From the NCBI GenBank assembly GCA_049512055.1, contig JBEKXK010000006.1, positions 1-63,878 of the forward strand: a stretch of 63,878 nt of DNA. The letters are read 5' to 3'. The DNA comes from Syntrophales bacterium. Its GTDB lineage: Bacteria; Desulfobacterota; Syntrophia; Syntrophales; UBA2185. The notes under the pieces are model-generated. The model made no database searches. It saw only the letters and a program-made list of their open reading frames with translations, and had not been told where the DNA came from. The position numbers were made by a program, and so were the translations under genes. Below are positions 47,259 to 56,317 of this stretch, one piece after another; position 1 is the stretch's first letter, and every line of letters starts with the position of its first letter.

Positions 47259-47822
47259 ATGACCAGCGGGAAAAAAATTCTCATTATTGCGGGAGTAATT
47301 GTTCTTGTCCTTGTACTTTTTCTATACTCCAATTACAACACCTTCGTTTCTCTGGATGAGACTGTAAAAGCTTCCTGGGCGCAGGTGGAAAATCAATTGC
47401 AGCGACGGTATGACCTGATACCCAACCTTGTGGAGACGGTAAAAGGGTACGCCAAGCAGGAGAAAGATGTCCTCGTCGAAGTTACCAATGCGAGGGCAAA
47501 GGTGGGCGGCGCGGCGAATGTGCCGGACAAGATCAGCGCCAATAACGAATTGTCTGGCGCCCTGAGCAGGCTCTTGGTTGTCGTCGAAAAATATCCGGAT
47601 CTCAAATCCAACCAGAATTTTATGCGCCTTCAGGATGAACTTGCGGGCACGGAAAACCGGATTGCCGTGGAAAGAAAGCGATATAATGATGCAGTGAGAA
47701 CTTACAATATCGCGATCAGAAGCTTTCCGGGGAATCTATTTGCAGGGATGTTCGGTTTCCATGGTGCAGCCTTTTTTGACGCGCCGGCACAGGCTAAGGC
47801 CGCTCCACAGGTCAAATTCTAA
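47259..47822 (+). CDS. lemA: LemA family protein
   Basis: YN, WAQVENQLQRRYDLIPNLVETVKGYA, EKYPDLKSNQNF, TENRIAVERKRYN. Confidence 0.96.
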   Translation: MTSGKKILIIAGVIVLVLVLFLYSNYNTFVSLDETVKASWAQVENQLQRRYDLIPNLVETVKGYAKQEKDVLVEVTNARAKVGGAANVPDKISANNELSGALSRLLVVVEKYPDLKSNQNFMRLQDELAGTENRIAVERKRYNDAVRTYNIAIRSFPGNLFAGMFGFHGAAFFDAPAQAKAAPQVKF

Positions 47823-47912
47823 ATGGGAGATGCATCGTTCGAAGGAGCTGCCGGTATCTTGAGGATGCGAGAGGCCAAGGAGCCTGGGAAGCGAGCGACG
47901 GCAAAAAACACT

Positions 47913-48030
47913 TGAATTCGATAGCGAGCGCATTCCCCCTAGCTTGCTGCTGGGTAAGCGAGCGAATGCCGAACGATAGTGTTCCTTAAGAATCGAAGAT
48001 TCTCCGCAGCTTTCTGGGGAGAGCTTCAAT
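47913..48030 (+). mobile_element. Miniature hairpin element, copy 3
   Basis: 118 bp, colinear with 33962-34079. Confidence 0.8.
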
Positions 48031-48057
48031 CCCCGAATCCTTATACAGGAGAGCAGG

Positions 48058-48966
48058 ATGGACAGAACCGTTACGACAGTTATCGACAGTGAAAAGTGTA
48101 TCGGGTGCGGTTTATGCGTAAAGGTTTGCCCCTCAAGGACCCTCTCCATGCAGGACGAAAAGGCGGTCGTCACCGGTGACAGATCGCTTCAATGCGGGCA
48201 TTGTGCCGTCGTATGTCCCGTGGATGCGGTTACAGTAAACGCAGTCGATAAAGAATCTTCCCGGTTCAGTACTTTCGCGCGGGAAGATTCATGGCTGCCC
48301 TTCGGCGAATTTGACACAGTGCAGCTCGTGAGGCTCATGGGATCGCGACGTTCGTGTCGCAATTACTTAAGCAAACCTGTGGATCGCTCAATACTTGACG
48401 ATCTGGTCAAAATCGGCGTTACGGCCCCTTCGGGGACGAACAGCCAGTCATGGACATTCACCGTGCTCCCCACGCGGAAGGCCGTTGTGAATCTGGCGGA
48501 GCGTATCGCCGCCTTTTTCAGGAAGCTCAACCGCGTATCCGAAAATCGATACGTCAGAGGATTTCTGAAGCTAATCGGCAGAACGGAACTTGATGAATAC
48601 TACCGCGAATATCACGATTCTGTCGAGGAGGCGCTCGCCGAGTGGAAGACTTCAGGGATTGACAGATTGCTTCATGGGGCAACGGCTGCGATAGTTGTAG
48701 GATCAAGGCCTGGAGCATCCTGCCCCGCGGAAGACGCCCTTCTTGCCACACAGAACATACTGCTCGCTGCGCACAGCATGGGACTGGGCACCTGTCTCAT
48801 CGGCTTTGCCGTCGAGGCCATGAGACGGGATAAGAGAATCAAGAGGTCTTTGGGCATTCCTGATGACGAGAAAGTGTATTCCGTGATCGCTTTGGGATAT
48901 CCCGATGAGAGATACAGGCGAGTGGGGGTCAGAAAGAAATATGTCCAGCGTTATTATGAGGCATAA
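48058..48966 (+). CDS. Ferredoxin-nitroreductase fusion
   Basis: CIGCGLC...CP, a second cluster motif SLQCGHC...CP (first Cys replaced), RRSCRNY, APSGTNSQ, GLGTCLIG. Confidence 0.92.
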   Translation: MDRTVTTVIDSEKCIGCGLCVKVCPSRTLSMQDEKAVVTGDRSLQCGHCAVVCPVDAVTVNAVDKESSRFSTFAREDSWLPFGEFDTVQLVRLMGSRRSCRNYLSKPVDRSILDDLVKIGVTAPSGTNSQSWTFTVLPTRKAVVNLAERIAAFFRKLNRVSENRYVRGFLKLIGRTELDEYYREYHDSVEEALAEWKTSGIDRLLHGATAAIVVGSRPGASCPAEDALLATQNILLAAHSMGLGTCLIGFAVEAMRRDKRIKRSLGIPDDEKVYSVIALGYPDERYRRVGVRKKYVQRYYEA

Positions 48967-49033
48967 TGGGAGTGATATTTGCGGGCATTCTTCCGACATT
49001 TTCAATATGAGCAGGATTGTTCGAGAGGCTTGT

Positions 49034-49240
49034 CTATTGAATCCGGGTCCGATCCGCTTCATCTTTCATGAGACGCAGCATCGATTGCGGGACAAGATAG
49101 TCGCGCATTTTTGAGACAATATAGATCAGGATCCAGAGATCATCAGGTGTCCTCTTGCCCCTCTTTCCGATAATTTTACCCTCACAGCCATAAAGAGGAT
49201 GTCTGGGATGATCGACAACTACCATATCTCCTAATTCCAT
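49034..49240 (-). CDS. Small KOW/SH3-like hypothetical protein (68 aa)
   Basis: MELGDMVVV..P.HPLYGCEGKII pattern behind a purine-rich RBS. Confidence 0.6.
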   Translation of the reverse strand: MELGDMVVVDHPRHPLYGCEGKIIGKRGKRTPDDLWILIYIVSKMRDYLVPQSMLRLMKDEADRTRIQ

Positions 49241-49458
49241 CTTCCTTTCCTCCTCATTTCTTCCGGCATCATTATCGGAAACAGTCCCCGCCATTTCCTT
49301 AACTTGTAACACAATTTAAATCAGAAGTCCCATCTTTTTAAAATATTAATGCCGGCATTGTCTGCGTCTCCTCTCCGGAAGATGCCATGTGTTATTAAAG
49401 CAAAATATTTTAGAAAAAGCTTGACATCTTGCCGGGTATATAATACTCAGAAGCACGC

Positions 49459-49479
49459 GGTAAGTAAATGTTACTTACC
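49459..49479. promoter_or_regulatory. Perfect palindrome, candidate TetR operator of the beta-oxidation operon
   Basis: GGTAAGTAA-ATG-TTACTTACC, just downstream of TTGACA (49421) and TATAAT (49439). Confidence 0.7.
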
Positions 49480-49745
49480 ATCCTTTCAACCGTCCATTGT
49501 CGGTAGTCTTTCATGTACTCTTTAAAACGCATCCAGCAATTAAAGGCTCATATTCCGGGGGTATAAACCCTTCGCGTACACTTTCGATCACAAGTTAGCT
49601 TGTTCTTGCAAATAGTTCGGCTGCGAATCTGAGAGATGGCCCTTTGCCGGGATATTCTTGTAATCATGACTTGTCAGGGGTACTAAGAAATATTGTCAAT
49701 TTGGCGACACTTCTTGGGAACAACCAAAAAATAATATGAGGAGGC

Positions 49746-50897
49746 ATGTATATGGGCAGGAGTTTGTTCGGAGAGGAGCATGAGATATTCCGCGATTCAT
49801 TCAAAAAGTTCCTGGCAAAGGAGGTGACCCCCTTCATAGAAAAGTGGGAAGAGGAAGGCATTGTGCCCAGAGAAATGTGGAACAGGCTGGGTGACAATGG
49901 ATTTCTCTGCCCGTGGCTTGACGAGAAATACGGCGGCTCCGGGGCGGGCTTCGAATACTCCGCCATCATCATTGAAGAACTTGCCTACATCGGAAGCCAT
50001 GGACTCATAGCGGGCCTGCACAGCGATATTATTGTTCCTTACATTTACAGCTTCGGAAATGAAGAACAGAAGATGAAGTGGCTCCCCGGGTGCGCCTCAG
50101 GCGACATCGTGACGGCCATCGCCATGACGGAACCGGGCACAGGGTCGGACCTCGCCGCGGTCCGGGCTACGGCGGTGAAGGACGGCGACTCATATGTGAT
50201 CAACGGGGCGAAGACTTTCATTTCCAACGGCATTCACTGCGATCTGGTCATCGTGGTGGCAAAGACGGACACCCATGCCGATCCTCCCTTCAAGGGCATC
50301 AGTCTCATCTGTGTCGAAAACGGAACGCCGGGTTTCCAGAAGGGAAGGAAGCTCAATAAAATGGGATTTCACAGCCAGGACACAGCGGAGATGAACTTCG
50401 AAGACTGCCGGGTGCCAGCGTCCAATCTGTTGGGGAAGGAGGGGCAGGGTTTCTATTATCTGATGCAGAAACTGCAGGCGGAGAGGCTCGTGGTTTGCAT
50501 TATGGCCCAGGCGATGGCGGAGGCGATGCTGGAAATGACTATCAAGTATTGCAGGGAGAGAACCGTCTTCGGAAAGCCCGTCAGCTCTTTTCAGCATAAT
50601 ACGTTCAAGATTGTGGAGATGGCTACGGAGATTGAACTGGGAAGGACTTTCCTCGATTCTCTCCTTCTGGATTATTGTGAAAAGAAAGATATTGTGAAAA
50701 GAGTTTCCATGGGCAAAGCCTGGATGTCGGAAATGGCAAACCGAGTAGCCTATGATTGTTTGCAGCTTCACGGCGGCTACGGCTACATGGAAGAATATCC
50801 GATTTGCCGTTTTGCAAGAGACGTGCGGGTCATTCCCATATTTGCAGGCACCACGGAGGTCATGAAGGTAATCGTGGGCCGCATGATGGGCCTGTGA
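49746..50897 (+). CDS. Acyl-CoA dehydrogenase (LCAD-like subgroup)
   Basis: AIAMTEPGTGSD, INGAKTFISNG, QDTAE, LQAERL, QLHGGYGYMEEY, IFAGTTEVMK. Start 49746 or 49752. Confidence 0.95.
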   Translation: MYMGRSLFGEEHEIFRDSFKKFLAKEVTPFIEKWEEEGIVPREMWNRLGDNGFLCPWLDEKYGGSGAGFEYSAIIIEELAYIGSHGLIAGLHSDIIVPYIYSFGNEEQKMKWLPGCASGDIVTAIAMTEPGTGSDLAAVRATAVKDGDSYVINGAKTFISNGIHCDLVIVVAKTDTHADPPFKGISLICVENGTPGFQKGRKLNKMGFHSQDTAEMNFEDCRVPASNLLGKEGQGFYYLMQKLQAERLVVCIMAQAMAEAMLEMTIKYCRERTVFGKPVSSFQHNTFKIVEMATEIELGRTFLDSLLLDYCEKKDIVKRVSMGKAWMSEMANRVAYDCLQLHGGYGYMEEYPICRFARDVRVIPIFAGTTEVMKVIVGRMMGL

Positions 50898-50932
50898 TCA
50901 TAGAAAAAGAGGGAAAAGAAGGAGGAGGGACA

Positions 50933-52258
50933 ATGAGGACTTATATGTCGTGGCAGGATGAGTACAAGAGCAAGCTCATGACGGCGGAAGAGGCAGTCAA
51001 AAAAGTGAAATCGAATGATGTGGTAGGATTCGGCCTTTCATTGGGCGCGCCTACGGCTCATCTTGTGGACGCCCTTTTGGCGCGTGCCGGTGAGTTAGAA
51101 GGCGTACGAATCTTAGATGCTGTGCCGATCCGGCCGATGAAATTGTACGATCCCGATTTCATGAACAGCATTCGGGAATCTTTTACCTACAGTTCATTAT
51201 TATACAATCCTCTCAACCGAAAATTGGCCCAGGGCAAAAATGTGGATTATCAAAGTGTCAACAGCTCTGATGCAGGCGAGCGGATGGGGCGGATTTGCAA
51301 TGTGGCCATGGTCTGTGTGTGCCGTCCCGAGGCGGGCATGGTCAATCTGGGACTGACCAACTTCTTTTCTCCGGAGATGATTCGGGGAGCTGAAATCGTG
51401 ATAGCCGAAGTCAACGATCAGATGCCCATGGTGTATGGTGATAACTGGATGCCGATATCGGAATTCGACTGCTTTGTCGAACATTCCAGCCCGATTCCCG
51501 AGTTCAAGCGCAAGGGCGAGCCCTCCCATCTGGAATTCGCCATCGCGGAAAACGTGGCCTCGCTCATCAGAGACGGGGACTGCCTGCAGATGGGGATAGG
51601 AACACTGCCGGAGGCCATTATCCGGCTTTTGCGGGATAAAGGTAAAAAAGACCTCGGTGTGCATACCGAGATGTTCCCCATGGGATTGCCGCATCTCGTC
51701 AAGGAAGGGATTGTCACAAACAAGTTGAAGAGGGTTCACACGGGAAAGACGGTCGCGAGCTTCTGCATGGGAGACCGTGATATGTATGACTTCGTTACGC
51801 GCAGCCCGGACTGCGTCTTTTATCCAACCTCCTATATCAACGCCCCCCATCTGCTTCGGGAGATAGATAATCTGGTATCGATAAACATGGACCTGGAATG
51901 TGATTTCATGGGCCAGTTAAATGCCGAGAGGGTTGACTTCCGTATGGTGGGGGCTGCCGGAGGCCAGCTGGATTTCGTCATCGGAGCAGCCTGGTCAAAT
52001 GGCGGGAGGGCAGTCAACGTCCTGCCTTCCACGCGGACCCTGAAGTCCGGCCAGGTTGTTTCTACTATTGTACCTCAGTTATCACCGGGGTCCCACGTCA
52101 TCGTGCCGCACATGTACAGCCAGTTTGTGGTAACAGAGCATGGCATCGCTGATCTGTATTACAAATCCATGCGTGAGAGGGCCGATGCCCTGATTGCCAT
52201 AGCCCATCCGGATTTTAGAGCGGAGCTTCGCAGGGAAGCCAAACGAATTCTTTATTGA
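50933..52258 (+). CDS. Acetyl-CoA hydrolase/4-hydroxybutyrate CoA-transferase family protein
   Basis: YKSKLMTAEEAV, LQMGIG, LGVHTEM, GGQLDF, VVTEHGIA, IAHPDFR. Start ATG 50933 behind GGAGG. Confidence 0.92.
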   Translation: MRTYMSWQDEYKSKLMTAEEAVKKVKSNDVVGFGLSLGAPTAHLVDALLARAGELEGVRILDAVPIRPMKLYDPDFMNSIRESFTYSSLLYNPLNRKLAQGKNVDYQSVNSSDAGERMGRICNVAMVCVCRPEAGMVNLGLTNFFSPEMIRGAEIVIAEVNDQMPMVYGDNWMPISEFDCFVEHSSPIPEFKRKGEPSHLEFAIAENVASLIRDGDCLQMGIGTLPEAIIRLLRDKGKKDLGVHTEMFPMGLPHLVKEGIVTNKLKRVHTGKTVASFCMGDRDMYDFVTRSPDCVFYPTSYINAPHLLREIDNLVSINMDLECDFMGQLNAERVDFRMVGAAGGQLDFVIGAAWSNGGRAVNVLPSTRTLKSGQVVSTIVPQLSPGSHVIVPHMYSQFVVTEHGIADLYYKSMRERADALIAIAHPDFRAELRREAKRILY

Positions 52259-52311
52259 AGAGGAATATGATTTTGAAAAAGTTAACCCTCATGTTGAAAG
52301 GAGAAAATTAA

Positions 52312-53079
52312 ATGGATGTTAAAGGTTGTAAAGCAATTGTAACAGGCGGTGCATCGGGACTCGGCGAAGCGTGCGTCCGCAATCTGGTGGGCCTGGGCGG
52401 GAAGGCGGCGATTCTGGATTTTGATGCGACGAAGGGAGAGAAACTTGCCGCAGAGCTCGGAAGCAATGTCATCTATGCCAACACGGATGTAACGGGCGAG
52501 GAAAGCGTACAGGCGGCCATCAAGAAAGCGATGGACGCCTTTGGAGCGATAAACGTAGTGATCAATTGTGCCGGCGTGGGGGACCCCGGGAAGGTTCTTT
52601 CCAAGAAGGGCCCCATGGCGCTTTCGTACTTCAACCGCGTGGTACAGATCAACCTGGTGGGCACCTTCAATGTCATCAGGCTTGCGGTGGAGCAGATGGT
52701 CAAGAATACTGGAAATAAAGACGGTGAGAAAGGTGTCATCATCAATACCGCCTCGGTCGCCGCCTTCGACGGTCAGATCGGGCAGCCGGCATACAGCGCC
52801 TCCAAGGCCGGTGTCGTTGGCATGACCCTGCCCATTGCCAGGGAGTGCGCCGAGTATGGAATCAGGGTAATGACGATTGCGCCGGGACTCTTCAATACGC
52901 CGATGCTCGCGCAACTGCCCGAGGCGGCGCGCGAAGCCTTAGGCAAGATGGTTCCGTTCCCACAGCGTCTCGGCGATCCGATGGAATATGCAAAGATGGC
53001 CCAGCATATCATCGAGAATCCCATGCTTAATGGAGAGGTCATAAGGCTCGATGGCGCTATCCGGATGGCGGCGAAGTAA
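52312..53079 (+). CDS. SDR 3-hydroxyacyl-CoA dehydrogenase type 2 (HSD17B10-like)
   Basis: TGGASGLG, NCAG, ASVAAFDGQIGQ.AYSASK, NGEVIRLDGAIRM. Confidence 0.95.
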   Translation: MDVKGCKAIVTGGASGLGEACVRNLVGLGGKAAILDFDATKGEKLAAELGSNVIYANTDVTGEESVQAAIKKAMDAFGAINVVINCAGVGDPGKVLSKKGPMALSYFNRVVQINLVGTFNVIRLAVEQMVKNTGNKDGEKGVIINTASVAAFDGQIGQPAYSASKAGVVGMTLPIARECAEYGIRVMTIAPGLFNTPMLAQLPEAAREALGKMVPFPQRLGDPMEYAKMAQHIIENPMLNGEVIRLDGAIRMAAK

Positions 53080-53169
53080 AAACAAATTTCAAACAACAAA
53101 ATTCTGCATCGCATTGCTGGGATTTTGCATGCAAGGCCGAAAAGAAACTAAGAAGGAGAATAGAAAGAG

Positions 53170-54387
53170 ATGGAAACCAAGAATGGTATCGTGATGGTAA
53201 GTGCGGTGAGAACGCCGTTCAGCAAATTCGACTCCGCCATGGCGGATATACCGAGCATTGACCTCGGTGTAATGGTCATGAAAGAGGTGATCGAGCGTGT
53301 GAAAATCAAGCCCGAGGAAGTGGATGACATCAGTTACGGGAGCTGCATCCCGGCGGAAGTCGCCCTGGAAACGGATGTGCCGGCAAGGCAGGCGACGCTC
53401 CTTGCCGGGTTCCCGGCGGACAATATTTCTCTGACCCTGGACAGGGCATGCTGTTCATCCCTGACATGTCTTCGCTTGGGTGTGAGGGCCATCAAGGCCG
53501 GAGAGGCGGAGATCGCCATGGCCGTGGGCGCGGAGAACATGCCGCGGACGCCCCATCTGGCACCCGGTTTGAGAAAGGGAACAAGGATAGGGCACATCAA
53601 GCTGATCGATTGCCTCTTTGAGCTTGGTTATACGGCCAAAGGGTTCAACCCCGTTGCCAAAGACGCGGGGGAAGTGGCCCTCGAATACGGCGTGACAAGG
53701 GAGATGCAGGACGCCTGGGCGCTTGGGAGCCAGGAGAAGTACGCGAAGGCCTTTGCGGAAGGCAAGTTCAAGATCGGAGAGGAACTCATGCCCGTAGTGA
53801 TTCCCCAGAAGAAGGGTGATCCTATCGTCATCGAAAAGGACGAATCGCCGAGGAAGACAAGCATGGAGGCCCTGGCGAAACTGAAACCCATCTATGGCAG
53901 TCCCACTGTGACAGCGGGAAACGCGCCTCCCATCAGCGCCGGCGCGAGCGCGATTCTTATCATGACCGCTAAGAAGGCCAAGGAGAAGGGTCTTAAGCCC
54001 CTGGCAACAGTAGTTGCAGTAGCGGCATCGGCTACAGTCCCCCGTGAAATCGCCGTCATTCCGGCTTATACGATTCAAAAGGCCCTGAAGCAGGCCGGTC
54101 TGACGCTCGACGACATGAAGCTGATTGAAATAAACGAAGCCTTTGCAGTACTCCCTCTTGTTGCTACGAAGATACTCGCCAATAACGACGAGAAAAAGTG
54201 GAAAGAGCTTCAGGCCAAGACCAATGTGAACGGCGGCGCCATCGCCATCGGTCATCCCGTGGGAGCAAGCGCCGCAAGACTTATGATGACTCTCGCATAC
54301 GAACTGAAACGGCGCGGAGGCGGTTACGGCGTAGCGGCCATCTGCGGCGGTCTGGCGCAGGGCGAGGCAGTTATCATCAAGGTATAG
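53170..54387 (+). CDS. Thiolase
   Basis: AVRTPF, RACCSS, VTAGNA, EINEAF, NVNGGAIAIGHPVGAS, ICGGLAQG. Confidence 0.95.
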   Translation: METKNGIVMVSAVRTPFSKFDSAMADIPSIDLGVMVMKEVIERVKIKPEEVDDISYGSCIPAEVALETDVPARQATLLAGFPADNISLTLDRACCSSLTCLRLGVRAIKAGEAEIAMAVGAENMPRTPHLAPGLRKGTRIGHIKLIDCLFELGYTAKGFNPVAKDAGEVALEYGVTREMQDAWALGSQEKYAKAFAEGKFKIGEELMPVVIPQKKGDPIVIEKDESPRKTSMEALAKLKPIYGSPTVTAGNAPPISAGASAILIMTAKKAKEKGLKPLATVVAVAASATVPREIAVIPAYTIQKALKQAGLTLDDMKLIEINEAFAVLPLVATKILANNDEKKWKELQAKTNVNGGAIAIGHPVGASAARLMMTLAYELKRRGGGYGVAAICGGLAQGEAVIIKV

Positions 54388-54454
54388 AAAAAAGTAGAAC
54401 TCGCTCAGCCCATCACAATGATTGCAAGCAATGGAAGAGCAAAGGAGAAAGAGG

Positions 54455-55237
54455 ATGGACTATCAGACGATTCTATATGAGAAGGGCGAAGGCATTGCCG
54501 TCATCACCTTGAATCGCCCCAAGAGCATGAATGCCCTCAACAGTCAGCTATTCAGGGAACTGGATCACGTCCTCACAGAGATTGACGGTGATGAGGAAGT
54601 GAAAGTGGTGATCCTTGCGGGGGCGGAAAAGTTCTTTGCCGCAGGCGCCGATATCACCGAGATCGGAGGGATCGCCACACCGGTGGACGCGCACCGGTTT
54701 CTGAAGGATGTCCAGGCGGTATTCAACAAGATTGAGGACCTGGAAAAGCCTGTTATTGCTGCAGTGAGCGGCTTGGCCTTGGGCGGGGGCTGTGAACTTA
54801 CGCTTTCCTGCGATCTGAGGATCGCCGCGGATAATGCAACCTTCGGTCAGCCGGAGATCAAGATCGGCGTGATTCCCGGGGCGGGAGGCACGCAGCGGCT
54901 TCCCAGGATCATTGGCATCACCAAGGCGAAGGAGCTTCTCTACACCGGCGATTTCATCGATGCGCAGGAGGCCTATCGCATCGGCCTCGTAAACAAGGTG
55001 GTGCCCGCTGCTTCGTTGATGGACGAAGCCAGGAATATGGCCGGGAAGATTGCCCGCCAGCCGGGCTTCGCCCTGAAGATTACAAAGATCGCAGTCAATG
55101 GCGGGATGAACATGGACATGAAGTCAGCCATGGCCTACGAAGCGCGATGTTTTGAAATCCTCTTTTCCACGGCGGATCAGAAAGAAGGGATGAAGGCCTT
55201 CGTAGAAAAGCGAAAGCCTTCGTTCACAAACAGGTGA
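54455..55237 (+). CDS. Enoyl-CoA hydratase (crotonase)
   Basis: LNRP..MNAL, FAAGAD, ALGGGCE, FGQPE..G.IPGAGGTQRL. Confidence 0.95.
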   Translation: MDYQTILYEKGEGIAVITLNRPKSMNALNSQLFRELDHVLTEIDGDEEVKVVILAGAEKFFAAGADITEIGGIATPVDAHRFLKDVQAVFNKIEDLEKPVIAAVSGLALGGGCELTLSCDLRIAADNATFGQPEIKIGVIPGAGGTQRLPRIIGITKAKELLYTGDFIDAQEAYRIGLVNKVVPAASLMDEARNMAGKIARQPGFALKITKIAVNGGMNMDMKSAMAYEARCFEILFSTADQKEGMKAFVEKRKPSFTNR

Positions 55238-55238
55238 T

Positions 55239-56246
55239 ATGGGGAAAGTTGTTTCATTGAAGGAGGCCATCGCCTGCATCCGGGACGGGGACGTGCTGTT
55301 TCTGGGCTCTTTGATCGAATGCCGGCGTCCCATGGCCGCCGCGTATGAGATCGTCAGGCAGCAAAAGAAGGGGCTGATCCTCCTTGCAGAATGTTCGCTT
55401 GCCGAGGATATACTCGTGGGGATGGGATGCGCTGCGGCGTGGCGCGGCTGCTATACGGGGATGGCGAATTTTGGTCTTTCTCCGGCAACTTTAAGAAAAA
55501 TAGAAGCGGGTGAATTTATCATCGATGATATCGGCCATATCGATATCATCCTTGGCGCCATGGCGTCCATGGCCGGGAGTCCCTTTGTCGCCACCCGCGC
55601 CACTTTGGGAAGCGACGTCCTCAATCCCGAGTTCTCGCGGACGGAGCAGATACGGAAGCTGGCGCGTGATCCCTCCATGATTCCGGAGAAGAAGTTCGTC
55701 TTGATGGATGATCCCTTTTATGGGAACGGCCCGGTAAAACTGCAGCCCGCTATGCCGGCGGACGTGGCCGTCATCCATGTCCAGCAGGCAGGCGACGATG
55801 GGACCGGGCGGATAGAAGGCAGTCTCGCCTTCGACCATTATTTCATCCATGCCTCCAAGCGAGTCATTCTGACGGCGGAGCAGGTTGTCCCGGAAGCCTA
55901 TCTGCGGAGGGACCCCAACCACAATCAGATTCCCTGCACGAGCGTTGATATGGTCGTGGAAATCCCGTGGGGCGGGCATCCCAGCCAGGTGCAGGGCTTT
56001 TACGATGTCGATATGCCCTTTATCAGGAAGTATGTAACAGCCGCGAAGACCGCGGCCGGCTTGGAGAAGTGGGTTCATGAATGGGTATTTGCCATAAACA
56101 CGCACGATGAATATCTGGACAGGATAGGGGCGGCGCGGCTTCAATATCTGCGGTCGATTCCACCCTATGGATACCGCCCCCGCAATAATTGTGAGACATC
56201 GCATAGTCATGACAACATGTTGAATGAGACGGGAGGTGATGCGTAA
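55239..56246 (+). CDS. CoA-transferase alpha subunit (GctA-like), copy 1
   Basis: KVVSLKEAI, RRPMAAAYEIVRQ, LGSD, DVAVIHVQ, ILTAEQVV, RRDP, PWGGHP, YDVD. Confidence 0.88.
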   Translation: MGKVVSLKEAIACIRDGDVLFLGSLIECRRPMAAAYEIVRQQKKGLILLAECSLAEDILVGMGCAAAWRGCYTGMANFGLSPATLRKIEAGEFIIDDIGHIDIILGAMASMAGSPFVATRATLGSDVLNPEFSRTEQIRKLARDPSMIPEKKFVLMDDPFYGNGPVKLQPAMPADVAVIHVQQAGDDGTGRIEGSLAFDHYFIHASKRVILTAEQVVPEAYLRRDPNHNQIPCTSVDMVVEIPWGGHPSQVQGFYDVDMPFIRKYVTAAKTAAGLEKWVHEWVFAINTHDEYLDRIGAARLQYLRSIPPYGYRPRNNCETSHSHDNMLNETGGDA

Positions 56247-56317
56247 GAACCGGCATTGGACGATCACGAACGGTTATCTGGTCACAATTGATGGGGATAC
56301 ACTGAAGGAGGGAAATT

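Noticed and set aside
47826-47905. Possible further repeat or small RNA after lemA
   Set aside because: It looks repeat-like but has a single copy in the window and no clear structure, so it cannot be supported.
49421-49444. Consensus sigma-70 promoter TTGACA/TATAAT
   Set aside because: The two hexamers are only 12 bp apart, so they cannot form one canonical promoter.
50756-50932. 59-aa N-terminal extension of the CoA-transferase (likewise the upstream starts listed at 25290, 26582, 43644, 5333)
   Set aside because: Most overlap the upstream gene, and downstream starts fit family N-termini or RBS positions better.
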